Numbered from the whole stretch's first letter, positions 10,584 to 22,842 are shown. The stretch: DNA of 63,929 bases, filler included, from Phoronis australis (GCA_002633005.1; 11 parts of 11 records of this genome joined end to end with filler, not necessarily neighbours in it); one strand, 5' to 3'. Notes: generated from the sequence alone by a model not told the origin. Numbers and translations: made by a program.

Positions 10584-12938
10584 ATGGCACAAAGCAAGGA
10601 CATAGAAGATTTTCAGCGAATAGTTGAGTGTTCAATTTGTCTCGAACGCATGAAGAATCCTCGCTGTTTGCCTTGCCTTCATACATTCTGTGAAAAATGC
10701 ATCGGACAACACATGGATGAAAAACAACAAGACGGCTTATTCCCATGCCCAGTATGTACCTTGAAATTCCAGGTGCCACAAGAGGGCGTGACAGGGCTCA
10801 AGCGTAACCTCTACCTTGTACAAATGGGTGAGCTATTCCCAGAAGAGTCTGAAGTCAAATGTGATGTGTGTAAATTTGAAGATGTTGAAAATGTAGCGAC
10901 ATCTATGTGCATTCAGTGCAAGGATCACCTGTGCATGCAGTGTGCCAAGATTCATTACCGTACAAAAGTGACCCGGGCTCACAAAGTGGTTAGTCTAGAT
11001 GAAATCCGCTGTGGTCAGCACTTGGACGATATACGCCGATTTCAAAAAGTCCACTGTCCAATACACACAGACAAAATCATGGAGATTTACTGTCAGACTT
11101 GCGTGAAACCTCTTTGCCTTCTCTGTGCCTTGCTTGAACATGACAATCATAAAAAGGGCAGCATAGGAGAAGCGTCTAAGAATGCCGATGACGTCCTTCG
11201 GGGATTACAACGTGACTGGGAAATGGCCTCGGATCATTCGGCAATATTGTCAGCGGAAAGGAAGAAGGTTTTGGACAGTTTTGACCAGATAGAAAACCAG
11301 TTGGTGGATGAAATGAGGCAGTTGTACAAGACGTTTAAAGAAGAGTTTATTGAAGAGATTGATGTGAAGATGAATGAGTCGATCGAAAATCTAAAAATTG
11401 GGATTGCAAGTGCCCGCAAACAAGCAGAGGTGGCGTACAATGATGCCGAGTTCAGCAGGGAAACCATCACTAGTACTTTAAAATACTTGCAAGAAATACT
11501 AGACTCTGCACAAGAAGTTGAAAAACTGCAACAGTTTCCAGACCTCAAAATCCGTCTCGAGAATTTGGACATTGGAAAGCTGGAAACTGAGGTGACTACA
11601 TACCTGTTTAAACTGGGGCCAGGAGCTTTGGTCATGCCTGATTTGATGATGAATATGGAAAGTGAAATTGACAAGGAGCATTTCACTCCGAAATTACCGG
11701 AGCACACTGTACCATGTGACATGAAGGAGAGAGCGACCCTGGTGGGATGCTGCAATTGGGAAAATCCTGGCGAGGATACGTTAGAGCATTGTGGACTCGC
11801 AGTGACTGATGATTGGATAGTAACTACTGCACGGAGTAGTAAAACTGACGAGAAGTATTTCACTTCGACATTACCACAGGAAACTCGATCATGTGACATG
11901 AAGGAGACAGCAACCCTGAAGCGATGCTTGAATGTCAAACGTCGTGGTGAGATGATTTTAGAGTCTTGTGGACTGGCAATGACTGATGATTGGATGGTAA
12001 CTACTCACAGGAATAGTGCCAAAGTCAAAGTGTTTGACAGATCCAGTCGTAGTTTTGTGTTTGAGGTGGATCAAAGTTGGCATAAACTAAGAATGCCTGT
12101 AGGTGTAACATGCAGTAGCAAAGGTGATATATTTGTTACGGATGATGGTGTAAAGGGTGTGGTAAGGTACAACAGTAAGGGTAAGTTGATGAAGGTAACA
12201 CGTGACTTGTGTACTGGTGGTAGTAGTAGTGGTATAACATGTCACCAGGACCAGCTTATTGTCACTGACCGTGAGGCAGGTTATGTGCTTGTGACTGATT
12301 TTGACTGTAACATCACTAAAGTGATCAGTAAAGAGTCACTTGGACTGACCACATTCAAACCATGGTATGTGTGTGTAGACAACAAGGGACATCTGGTGGT
12401 GGGTGATTATGGTCAAGGTCGTTTGCATGTTATTGACTACAAACAGCCAGCCATAGTTAAAACATTCACTGACCAACCAAGTGCATATTCATCGGGTGTA
12501 TGTGTTGATGACTGGGATAATGGTCAGGTAGAGTATGATGATGATGATGGTTATAATTATGGTGATGGTGATTATATTGCATGTACAGGTGCTGTGTGTG
12601 TTGATGACTGGGATAATGGTCAGGTAGTGTGTGTTGATGATGATGATTATTATGGTCATGGGGGTTGTGGTTATACTGTTGGTTATAATTATGGTGATGG
12701 TCATTATGGTGCATGTCCACATGGTGTATGTGTTGATGAATGGGGACACATTCTTGTTGCTGACTTCAGTAATAACAAGATATTGTTAATGTCAGATCAG
12801 TCAGAAGGTGCGCGTGTTATCATCGCTAGTAATAACATCAGCGGTCCTAGTGGCCTTGCTGTAACTGGTCCTGGTGAAGTGGCTGTGTTGGAGCATAAGA
12901 CTGGTAATGTGAAAGTGTTTGAATATGCAAATATTTGA
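10584..12938 (+). CDS. TRIM-NHL E3 ubiquitin ligase (RING, two B-boxes, coiled coil, NHL repeats; TRIM2/3/56/71-like), 784 aa in one coding exon
   Basis: C3HC4 RING CSICLERMKNPRCLPCLHTFCEKCI..CPVC; B-box CDVC..CIQCKDHLCMQCAKIH; B-box CPIH..CQTC..CLLC..H..H; helical region; NHL-like repeats (PVGVTCSSKGDIFVTD, PWYVCVDNKGHLVVGD, PHGVCVDEWGHILVAD). Acceptor TTCCAG ends at 10580, just before the ATG. Confidence 0.93.
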   Translation: MAQSKDIEDFQRIVECSICLERMKNPRCLPCLHTFCEKCIGQHMDEKQQDGLFPCPVCTLKFQVPQEGVTGLKRNLYLVQMGELFPEESEVKCDVCKFEDVENVATSMCIQCKDHLCMQCAKIHYRTKVTRAHKVVSLDEIRCGQHLDDIRRFQKVHCPIHTDKIMEIYCQTCVKPLCLLCALLEHDNHKKGSIGEASKNADDVLRGLQRDWEMASDHSAILSAERKKVLDSFDQIENQLVDEMRQLYKTFKEEFIEEIDVKMNESIENLKIGIASARKQAEVAYNDAEFSRETITSTLKYLQEILDSAQEVEKLQQFPDLKIRLENLDIGKLETEVTTYLFKLGPGALVMPDLMMNMESEIDKEHFTPKLPEHTVPCDMKERATLVGCCNWENPGEDTLEHCGLAVTDDWIVTTARSSKTDEKYFTSTLPQETRSCDMKETATLKRCLNVKRRGEMILESCGLAMTDDWMVTTHRNSAKVKVFDRSSRSFVFEVDQSWHKLRMPVGVTCSSKGDIFVTDDGVKGVVRYNSKGKLMKVTRDLCTGGSSSGITCHQDQLIVTDREAGYVLVTDFDCNITKVISKESLGLTTFKPWYVCVDNKGHLVVGDYGQGRLHVIDYKQPAIVKTFTDQPSAYSSGVCVDDWDNGQVEYDDDDGYNYGDGDYIACTGAVCVDDWDNGQVVCVDDDDYYGHGGCGYTVGYNYGDGHYGACPHGVCVDEWGHILVADFSNNKILLMSDQSEGARVIIASNNISGPSGLAVTGPGEVAVLEHKTGNVKVFEYANI

Positions 12939-15900
12939 TATTTGAATTACAAATGTCATGATAGAGGTAGGTGACATTGACCAGAATGTTGGTGATCCTA
13001 ATCCAATGTTTCTATGTCCAGAGTAAGCACAGAACAGAAATTGTTATTATCTGATTATTCTTGTGAAGGTATCAGAGAGTGTTAGAAAAGACTGGAGGTC
13101 TTACTCGTGAACCTTGGAACGGTGTGAAACTGCTGTCAGTGGTTTGTGTGACAGGCTTCTGACACCAGTGTTATCCTTTGTTTACTTTTGGAATGTATGG
13201 ATAATAAATACAGTTTTGTTTTGTAAATTCTAGGCCAAGTGATTACTTGAAAATCTCGACTATTTGTGGACTGTGTATTTCAATTTTTTGTTGGTGAAAA
13301 TGAGATGCATAATAAATATTCAGTGATTTTAAAGACTCGAACATTTAAAATTATTTTGATACTTGCGAAATATCATGTTTGTAGTTTTAGTGGTACAATG
13401 ACCAGTTAGTAAGGTCCCTAGGCGCCAGGACATATGGTTGATATTTGTTTTCATCTATTAAAACAATGGTCGTGTGAACTGTGAAAATTGGTCGTTTTTA
13501 ATTTGACATTTGGCCACACTGAGTTTGCTTTTGAACCGACAACAAACTGAGGTTTGGGGAAAGTAACGATAGTTGCTTGGTTGCCCAACAGTCAACAACA
13601 GTGGTTGTTGGAACTCAAGGGCGTTCTTTCATACATTTCCAGTAGTTTTTACGAGGTCCTGGCGACGGAATAGTTAGTCTGACTCCCCGAAGACCTCACT
13701 GGCGTCAGTAGCTTCCTGCACTGTTACGTGTATCTTCTACTGACGCCAGTTGAATTTCATTTCCCGTTCTCAGTTCTATTATCGCCTATTCTTTCCCACG
13801 AACATCGTTGTAAGTTGTAAGATATCGCACAAAGCGTTCAAGAAAACAGAATAATGTCCGTGATATTAAAAATCGCGCTCGTGAGAAAGTTATGTGTGAA
13901 AATAAGAACAGAACTTCACGCTCCTTGGAATTTTTAGCATGCCCGTAGCCAAGAAGTGGACGACGGGTGCAAAGAGCTCCCACCCTCCCACCGGCAGTTA
14001 AGGTCCGCTTCAAGAAAAGCCCCATGGCACTTAAGTCTACATGTACATGTACCTCAGCCTGACCCAGCATACAAGTAAGTCCTATGTCGGCATTACAGAG
14101 TCAGAGGTTCGAATGCAGTCTCAGTGTTCAGCGCTTCACAACACGCATACTTTTGTCAGCTTATTGCTTGAATTCATCGTTTTACATCAATAAATCATCA
14201 AAATTCGATATAAAACCCATACAAATACATCTAGATATTGAAAAAACGTGCTATTTTGTTTCGCTCTTACGGATTTTTAGGTGTTTGAACGTACCGTAGC
14301 CTACAAAGTTCCGCCAGTACTTTAGGCCAAGTTCGGTCGCCTGAGTTTGGGGTCTGTTCGGTGATAAATTCAGACAGGAGAACACACACACACACATATA
14401 TATATAATAATCTGTGTGTTGCAATTTTCAGTGGCGGATCTAGGATATCACAAGGGGGGGGCCCAACATTTTGTCCAGCTGGAAGCATTTGCGCAAACTG
14501 AACCACGATTGTAGATGCGCATAGCACCGAATGNNNNNNNNNNNNNNNNNNNNNNNNNNNNNNNNNNNNNNNNNNNNNNNNNNNNNNNNNNNNNNNNNNN
14601 NNNNNNNNNNNNNNNNNNNNNNNNNNNNNNNNNNNNNNNNNNNNNNNNNNNNNNNNNNNNNNNNNNNNNNNNNNNNNNNNNNNNNNNNNNNNNNNNNNNN
14701 NNNNNNNNNNNNNNNNNNNNNNNNNNNNNNNNNNNNNNNNNNNNNNNNNNNNNNNNNNNNNNNNNNNNNNNNNNNNNNNNNNNNNNNNNNNNNNNNNNNN
14801 NNNNNNNNNNNNNNNNNNNNNNNNNNNNNNNNNNNNNNNNNNNNNNNNNNNNNNNNNNNNNNNNNNNNNNNNNNNNNNNNNNNNNNNNNNNNNNNNNNNN
14901 NNNNNNNNNNNNNNNNNNNNNNNNNNNNNNNNNNNNNNNNNNNNNNNNNNNNNNNNNNNNNNNNNNNNNNNNNNNNNTTTGAGAATGACGCTTATGTTTG
15001 CTCCAGAAATATTTATACTCTAAGATATGACTAAACATCACATGGACACTGGTCAAGGCATAAGTACATCGGTGTGGGTGTTTCTTAGAATCAGCCCACC
15101 TAAAGTTGACCACTCCAAAACATATTTTGATGACCATATCCTGTTTGTCAGAACTGCACTGAGAACTTAACAGAACTAAAGCTTTTCTGAAGAAATTGCG
15201 CAATACTCAAGTTTACCACAACAAGTTGTTTACAATAACACGTCCTGTTCTAGAATATTTGTGACTTTCAAAATAGTTAACTGTTATAAATTAACACAGT
15301 TGTTCATAAATTTAATTATCGATTAATCGTTGAATAATTCTAACATTTTTCATCAAAATGTTACAATAAGTTCATCGATTTTTAAAATTCGAAAACAATA
15401 CTTGGTTGCTTTTTCCAGCTGAACTGCCTTGGTGTTTGTTTTTAAAGAAAAGCATTGGTTTCGTTTTGAAAAGTCAAGGGTATGTACAAGCAGAGGTGGT
15501 TACTCCAGTTTATGGTCTGGTAATTACACTTAGTTGGGTCTTGGTCATCACAACGGTATCTGCCGGACTCTGGCGCCGTGCCATCTTTGATCCTGATAAA
15601 ACTTGCCCAAAACGAGTGGTGAAAATATCTTTAGAAATACGTGACTTCCCTGTAAGCGTTTTATTCATGGTATGTCATGCATTATTGAGGAGAATGGACC
15701 AAGAATTATCATTTAAGATCTTGTTATATAGATTCCTTCTGTCAACTACTTTCTCAAGTGTACATGTTCGTTTACATTTAGTGTTTTGGCTTTAAAATAT
15801 CTCATCTGTGGAACATAAGCTTTAATTTTATACAGAAATGTTTGTTACCACTATAGGAGGCATTACACTTTCCATCATCATCCATTTCAATCGTTATCAA

Positions 15901-16732
15901 ATTGGCAACTAACACTGACTCCGTTGACAATCTAGCTTGTTTCTTACCTTGGAGATCCTGCTCCTCCTCAGCACTGTCAGTGCTTGGGTAAAATGGGCTT
16001 ACATTTGTGAAAGCATTCAGCATGCTGATCTTTCCTGGGGTGTAACCTAATGGAAATCAAATTTAGCTGATATACTCCCATCCATTGTGATGAGTGATGA
16101 AGAATCTATTATTCCACATTAGATAAATATATATATATTACGCACTTGATTGTCATACTAGTTGGCATTCACATTTAGTGGATGGCGACAGACAGTGATT
16201 CATCAGTATCAAGTCAAACTCTGGTTCGCAGATCTCATGATTATTATTCAAGTTCCAAAAATGTGAGGGACTTGAATACCTTATGGGTGTTATTATCAAG
16301 CAACTAGAAATCGAGGGACGGGCACAGCAAAACAGATGGTTACTATAAAGAGTCGTATTTCATAAAATTTTGGGTTTTATTTAACTGAATATAGGAGTAA
16401 ATTAATCTGATTAGATATTTTGTTTTATCCTAAAGGGCAAAGTTAGATTGATCAATTCAATTGGTCGCTTTACCGAATTAAGTTGACTACAGTGCCCGCC
16501 AAGAGGATCCGTCCTGACAAATGTCAGTCAGTTGTTCTGGAACACGTCCTGGTTACACTGCCTACCAACATTTTAACCAGAGCAACAGAGTCTGGGACAA
16601 TTTGCACTCTATGTTTTGTGAACGCGTTATTAGTTGATAGTGCAAGGTCGGTGTATTGTCAGCATTCATGTATCTGCCACATGAATGTGAATGTTCTTAC
16701 CATGTTCCATTCATGTACTTATATTCCAGACA

Positions 16733-18663
16733 ATGGCACAAAGCAAGGACATAGAAGACTTTCAGCGAATACTTGAGTGTTCAATTTGTCTGGAACGCAT
16801 GAAGAATCCTCGCTGTTTGCCTTGCCTTCACACATTCTGTGAAAAATGCATCGGTCAACACGATGGTTCGTTCCCATGCCCCGTATGTACCTGGAAATTC
16901 CAGGTGCCACAAGAGGGCGTGACGGGGTTCAAGCATAACCTCTACCTCGTACAGATGGGTGAGCTATTTCCAGAAGAGTCTGAAGTCAAATGTGATGTGT
17001 GTAAATTTGAAGATGTTGAAAATGTAGCGACATCTATGTGCATTCAATGCAAGGATCACCTGTCTCAGCGATGTGCAGAAATCCATTGCTTTTCAAAATG
17101 GACTTATGGTCATAAAGTTGTCAGTTTGGATGAAGTTCGTAGGGTTCAGATCTTGGAGGAAATTCGCCGTCTTCAAAAGATTTACTGTCCAAAACACACT
17201 GACAAAGTCTTTGAGATTTACTGCGAGACTTGCAAGAAACCTCTTTGCCTTCTCTGTGCCATGCTTGAACATGACAATCATAAAAAGAGCAACCTAGCAG
17301 AAGCAGCTAAGAACGCCGATGATGTCCTTCAGGGATTTCAGCATCCCTGGCAAATGACCTCAGATCATTTGGCATTACTGTCTGTGGAAAGGAAAAAGGT
17401 GCTGGACAGTTTTGACCAACAAGAAGAACAGTTGATTGATGACATGAGACAGTTGTATAAGACATTTCAAGAGAAGTTTCTTGAAGAAATTGATGTGAAG
17501 ATGAACGAGTCGATGGAAAATCTTAAAATGGATATCGCAAGTGTCCGCAAACAAGCAGAGGTAGCCTAGTACAATGATGCCGAGTTCAGCAGATTAACCA
17601 TCACTAGTACTTTAAAATACTTGCAAGAAATACTCAATTCTGCGCAAGATGCTGAAAAACTGCAACTGCTTCCAGACCTCAAAATCCGTCTTGAGACTGA
17701 TTTGGACATTGGAAAGCTGGAAACTGAGGTAACTACATACCTGTTTAAACTGTAGCAAGGAGCTTTGGTCATGCCTGATTTGGTGACGAATATGGTAAGT
17801 GAAACTGACAAGGAGCGTTTCACTCCGAAATTACCGCAGCAAACTCTACCATGTGACATGAAGGAGAGAGCGACCCTGGTGCGATGCTGCAATGGGAAAA
17901 ATCCTGGCGAGGGTACGTTAGAGCATTGTGGACTCGCAGTGACTGATGATTGGATAGTAACTACTGCACGGAGTAGTGGCAAGGTTAAAGTGTTTGACAG
18001 ATCCAGTGGCAGTTTTCTGTTCGAGGTGGATCAAAGTCAGTATGAACAACAGGGTCCTGAAGGTGTAACATGCAGTAGCAAAGGTGATATATTTGTTTCT
18101 GAATTTAGTGTGGTGCAGTACAACAGTAAGGGTCAGTTGGCGAAGATAACACGTGACATGTGTAGTGGTCAAGTACTGGTATAACATGTCACCAGGACCA
18201 GCTTATTGTCACTGATCATTCTGGTGGTCGTCTGTTTGTGACTGACTTTGACTGTAATATTACTAAAGTGATCAGTAAAGAGTCACTTGGACTGACCACA
18301 TTCAAACCATGGTACGTTTGTGTAGACAACAAGGGACATCTGGTGGTGAGTGATCATAGTCAAGGTCGTATACATGTTATTGACTACAAACAGCCAGCCA
18401 TAGTTAAAACATTCAGTGAAGGACTGAGTTCATATTCATATGGTGTATGTGTTGATGAGTGGGGACACATTCTAGTTGCTGACTATACATGTAAGAGTAA
18501 CCAGATAGCGTTAATGTCAGGTGAGTCAGAAGGCGCGCGTGTTATCATCTCTAGTGATGACATCAGCATTCCTACTGGCCTTGCTATTACTGGTCCTGGA
18601 GAGGTGGCTGTGTTGGAGTATTTCACTGGTAATGTGAAAGTGTTTAAATATGCAAATGTTTGA
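16733..18663 (+). pseudogene. TRIM-NHL paralogue pseudogene
   Basis: Collinear with 10584-12938 but has in-frame TAG at 17567 and 17753, a frameshift near 18170-18180, and a Cys-to-Ser change in B-box 1 (HLSQRC). Confidence 0.88.
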
Positions 18664-19654
18664 TATTTGAATTACAGATGTCACAATAACAGAGGTAGGT
18701 AACATGGATCAGAATTTTGGAGTTGCTGATCCAGTGTTTCTATGTCCAAAAGTGGGGCAGAACAGAGTTCATTTTGTTATTTGATTATTTTTGTGCAACT
18801 ATCAGGGAGTCTTAGAAAAGACTGGAGGTCTTATTTGTGAACCTTGCCAGGAACGTGTAAAATTCCTGACCGTAGTGGTTTGCATGAACAGGCTTGTTAC
18901 ACCATCGTTTGTGTACCTTTAAATGTAGAGGGGGTAATAATTACAGTTTTGTTTTGTAAATTCTAGGCCAAGTGATTCTCTTAATTTGCGTTTGAAAATC
19001 TTCACTATTTGTGGCCTGTGTATTTCATTTTTATGGGTGAAAATGAGATGCATAATAAATATTCAGACTTGAACATTTAAAGTTGTTTTGATAGTATCCA
19101 AATATCATGTTAGTTGTTTTAGAGGTTGTGACTTCAGTCCCTACGCGCCAGATGACAAATGGTTCATAACAGCTCAAATCCAATTTCAAGTGTCAAATTC
19201 GGAACTCGGTGCATTCGTAACGGAACTATGGCTAAGTATAGACTCTCCCGCAATATCCCAGGCGACCGGCAGTGGCGCTGCGCACTACGACTCAGTTTCC
19301 GTTGTCTGCTCCACTGTGCAATGAAGAAAATTTACTTCATTTTTAAAAAAAATGGAACCTGAGTGACGATGAAAAAACAGAAGCTGCTGGTAAGATGTGA
19401 ATTTTAATCGAAGCCTTAGTGAATCACTCAGAAACTCGCAATACTCTCTTTGTCAAACCTTATGTTAAGACGATTTCCAAAGCAATCCCGTCATTATTGC
19501 CAACACGAAAAACTGATTTGGTCATTTGAAGACTATTTTAAATACGACAAATTTGTTAAGAATCGATGGCACAAAACGTGTAATAAGCATTACAAAAAGA
19601 AGCAAACGCTGTGGACCATAAACAAGCAGGTCTCTTAATATGAGTTTAGTAGTT

Positions 19655-19730
19655 AAATCGTGGTGGTGTAGTGGTAACGCACGCGCGCACTATGCGCAAG
19701 GTCGTGAGTTCGAGTCTTTGGTACTTGCAG
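19655..19730 (+). mobile_element. tRNA-derived SINE head
   Basis: A-box-like TGGTGTAGTGG (19664) and B-box-like GAGTTCGAGTC (19706); no complete cloverleaf. Confidence 0.5.
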
Positions 19731-20273
19731 TTTTTCCTTTTTAACACGTTCTCCTGTTTTTCTTGGATAATACTTCAGGAATCAAGGAAAATGCTTGATT
19801 TTTAGAGGTAAAAACAGAAAAATTTCCTGGGCGGGAGGGGGGTTTGCCCCCATTCGGTGCTATGCGCGTCTACAATCGTGGTTCAGTTTGCGCAAATGTT
19901 TACAGCCGGACAAAATGCTGGGCCCCCCTTGTGATATCCTAGATCCGCCACTGCCCTCAAACCCTAAATATCAGTCGCAGTGTAAGATATTGGCTACAGG
20001 GGTAAACTTCCCAACTTGTAGTTGGGCTATAGAATCGAACAAGTTGGGAGCAACGGGAAAACGCCGTAATGTGATGTTTGTTTTCATCTATAAACAAATG
20101 GTCACATGAACTGCAAAAATTTTCGCTTTTAATTTGGCAATTGACCACACTGAGTTTGCTTTTGAACCGACAACAAACTGAGTTTTGGGGAAAGAAAAGA
20201 ATAGTGGCTTGGTTGCCCAGTAGTCAAGAGCAGCAGATGTTGGCACTTAAGGGAGTTCTTTCTTACATTCCAA

Positions 20274-21860
20274 AGTAGTTAGCGATCGACTACAATAGAT
20301 GACCAAAAAGTTACCTCTGACGGAAATCGTACCGAATAGCCTGTACACCCACTCGGAAGGTATAGAAACTCCTGAACGCGTGAAAATTACGGAGCTCGAT
20401 GCATCTCTTTGATTCATTAAAAGAAGTTCAAAAACCCGGACGTAACTTATCGTGCTTATTTGGTGACCGGCACGAGTAGGTGAATGTGAGATGTGTTTTC
20501 AAAATAATCCATTTTTGTACGTAAAATACAGTATACGTAGTGTATTACTAATAATAACTAAGAAAAGAGTATATTTCTACTTAACTCAAAACACGTTCCC
20601 GGAAGCCCCCGCTACCAGAGACTTCTCGTGGTGATCTCACAAACTAGTGAGCAGGGTATACCACACTCCTCCCTCCAACATGACACTAACAAACCGCTTA
20701 AATGTCCTTAAAATAAAGTTCCGTCATCATTAACACAAAAGTTCCAAGGAGAACTACATTAAACACACTTAGACTACTGTTCAGCTCAGTCACAAATCCA
20801 ATCTTTCCGGTACCTTAGTAACACGATCAGTGGACCTGCTCAATGACACCGGTTCAGGTGACGCAGGTGCAGAGGTCCGGAAATCCCCGGGGCCGAGTCC
20901 GAACACGGTGTTTGAAACACTGCATGACTGGTTCAGCTGGTGAATCACTAGCCACAATCGGTGCCTGGTCCGCAGATATCTGCTCTGAATTAAGTTCAAC
21001 GTGTTCAGGCATAGAAGAATCGTCCGCAATAAGATGATCAGCATGTACGAAACGATAAATTGTTTCCATACACTCGCACTTACTACATACACTGTAATTG
21101 TCAATGGTTCAGAAACTGTTGTATATCTTGACCTATAGAGGTCGCTAGCAGATCAGGCGTGCGTTCTGTAGATGCTAGGACCTACGCTAGGACCTAGCTA
21201 AAACCTAGTCAAAGTCACGTGCTCTCATTTAACATGCACGGCTATATCTCACGTAATCTCGCGAAGTCTTGCTTTTTAGCGAGGTCCTAGCGTTACTGAA
21301 CGGGAGGCAGTTTTCGAAATAAAGTTCTGTACCGGAACTCACGATGTTTTTGTTGGCTGCTTAATGAAGCAAATACAACAGTAACCTTAGTGACAACACC
21401 TGGAATGCATTTCTCCTTCCCACCGCGAGTTTGCCAAACGCGCACATGTTGATAAAGATTGTACTGTTGCAGTTTAGGTGATTGACCATCATGAGCGGAT
21501 TTCTGGCAACCGTCTGCTTCCTTTCCACAGATTCCTGTAAGTTCGGTTTCAGCAGGGTGAGCTTATAGTGCGCGGAGCACGTTTCAGAAATAGTTCGGCT
21601 GGAATTTTGTCAGTGACAGAATGTGGCGTGTTGCGATATGAGAACAACAAGTTCGACATGCGATGCGACAATGGCAAGCGTGTTTCAGATTTGTCCAACG
21701 TGACTTGTCTTTGAAAATCTGCACATAACGTTCCGCGTGCCCATTACTAGAAGCATGATAAATGGGACTGAACGTGTGCATGACACCATTCAAGCGTGGA
21801 AATGTCTCAAATTCTGCGGATCGAAACTGCGGGCCATTATCTGACACAATTAAGCTCATA
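20274..21860 (-). mobile_element. Degenerate Ty3/Gypsy LTR retrotransposon 3' part (integrase, PPT, 3' LTR)
   Basis: Integrase core IVSDNGPQFRSAEFETF..NGV.H..SPIYHASSNGHAERYVQIFK (21584-21859); C-terminal RFVHADHL; polypurine tract GGAGGGAGGAG (20666-20676) followed by LTR start TGTGG at 20665. Nested repeat at ~21135-21380, also seen at ~44395-44520. Confidence 0.85.
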
Positions 21861-22286
21861 GGGCAAGCCCATATTTTAATTTGTGCCTTGATGACGCATA
21901 CATTCCAAATTCAAATTTCTGGTGACATGTCTCGTTTTTTTGTCCACGAATGTTTATTATGAAATATTCAGTACAATCAGGAAGAGATAACCAGGAAGGG
22001 ACAACTAGCTAAACCGCCGTTTTTGGCCTATTTCCCCGGTCTAATTTCAGGACTTAAGTTTCGTTTAAAAGGAAACAGATGATTTTATAAGAGAGATTAA
22101 AGCTTTTTCTATAGAAGGATATCAAAAAACTCACTTTGCAACCTTAAACAGTGGTGTAATTGTGCTTTAAAAATATCGACTTCAGAGCACTCAATCGCAA
22201 CTTCCCACAAGCAGTCACGGGTATTTAAGCTTTTCCGTCGATGTATAGATGGCGCAGTAGTCAAGTACTCCCTCATTTGCATATCA

Positions 22287-22386
22287 NNNNNNNNNNNNNN
22301 NNNNNNNNNNNNNNNNNNNNNNNNNNNNNNTTAATTAATTAANNNNNNNNNNNNNNNNNNNNNNNNNNNNNNNNNNNNNNNNNNNN
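22287..22386. other. Artificial 100-nt scaffold linker N44-TTAATTAATTAA-N44 (also at 33323, 38010, 41298, 45307, 48109, 52695, 55350, 59976, 62768)
   Basis: Identical format ten times; TTAATTAATTAA gives stops in all six frames. Confidence 0.97.
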
Positions 22387-22469
22387 TCCCATCCGCAGGA
22401 CAATTCCAGCACCCGCCGAGAGGCGAAGGTCCTGGGACATGAGCTGTAGGTTGTGCTTGGCTCCATGTG
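22387..22469 (-). CDS. SAMM50: SAMM50 exon (truncated by gap)
   Basis: HGAKHNLQLMSQDLRLSAGAGIVLRMG resembles the Sam50 C-terminal GAGIVLR strand; TTGCAG acceptor; phase matches the preceding exon. Confidence 0.85.
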
Positions 22470-22758
22470 CTGCAACAAAGATATCACCTTGTTAGAGCAG
22501 CAATGAAGCAATTAGAAGTCGACTGTAACTACAGAGCATTTGTTTTTGAAATTAACTTTGCTGAAACCAAGACTACTAACTACATTTTTTGATTCCTCAG
22601 AGTTGTCAAACAAATACTGATTGGTATAAGCAAAGAAAATCATTCAGTAGTGGATCAAAGAGTAGTGCAGTAAGCCTAGTTTTGGTAATTGAAGAGCGCA
22701 TTTTATAGCCTCTAAACCACTGTGAGCAAGGAGTGTAGTAGACACTGCTTGGTGTGAA

Positions 22759-22784
22759 CATAGACTATAGTATAGTTGTCTATG
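22759..22784. mobile_element. 26-bp fused-TIR remnant CATAGAC..GTCTATG with ~7-bp TSD
   Basis: GTGTGAA-[CATAGACTATAGTATAGTTGTCTATG]-GTGTGAG. Confidence 0.5.
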
Positions 22785-22842
22785 GTGTGAGTCAGAAACT
22801 ATTTAGTTTAAAGCTGAAACACATCAAACCTGTCAAAAACTT

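Larger units (their letters stand above)
15690..20280 (+). repeat. Tandem segmental duplicate of ~9750-13650 (upstream intron, TRIM gene, 3' flank)
   Basis: Non-coding flanks align (e.g. GGAATTATCATTTAA.ATCTT, TTTTGTTTTGTAAATTCTAGGCCAAGTGATT, CCACACTGAGTTTGCTTTTGAACCGACAACAAACTGAG). Boundaries approximate. Confidence 0.85.

Noticed and set aside
11234-11938. 234-aa antisense ORF (and 17566-17982)
   Set aside because: Shadow of the TRIM coding strand with no recognisable domain.
12466-12749. His-rich and Ile/Thr-rich minus-strand ORFs
   Set aside because: Antisense shadows of the GAT/GGT/TAT-rich insert of the TRIM gene.
14448-15203. ORFs spanning the N gap (14534-14977)
   Set aside because: Artefacts of translating Ns.
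19655-19730. tRNA gene
   Set aside because: A and B boxes are present but acceptor and T stems do not pair; better explained as a SINE head.
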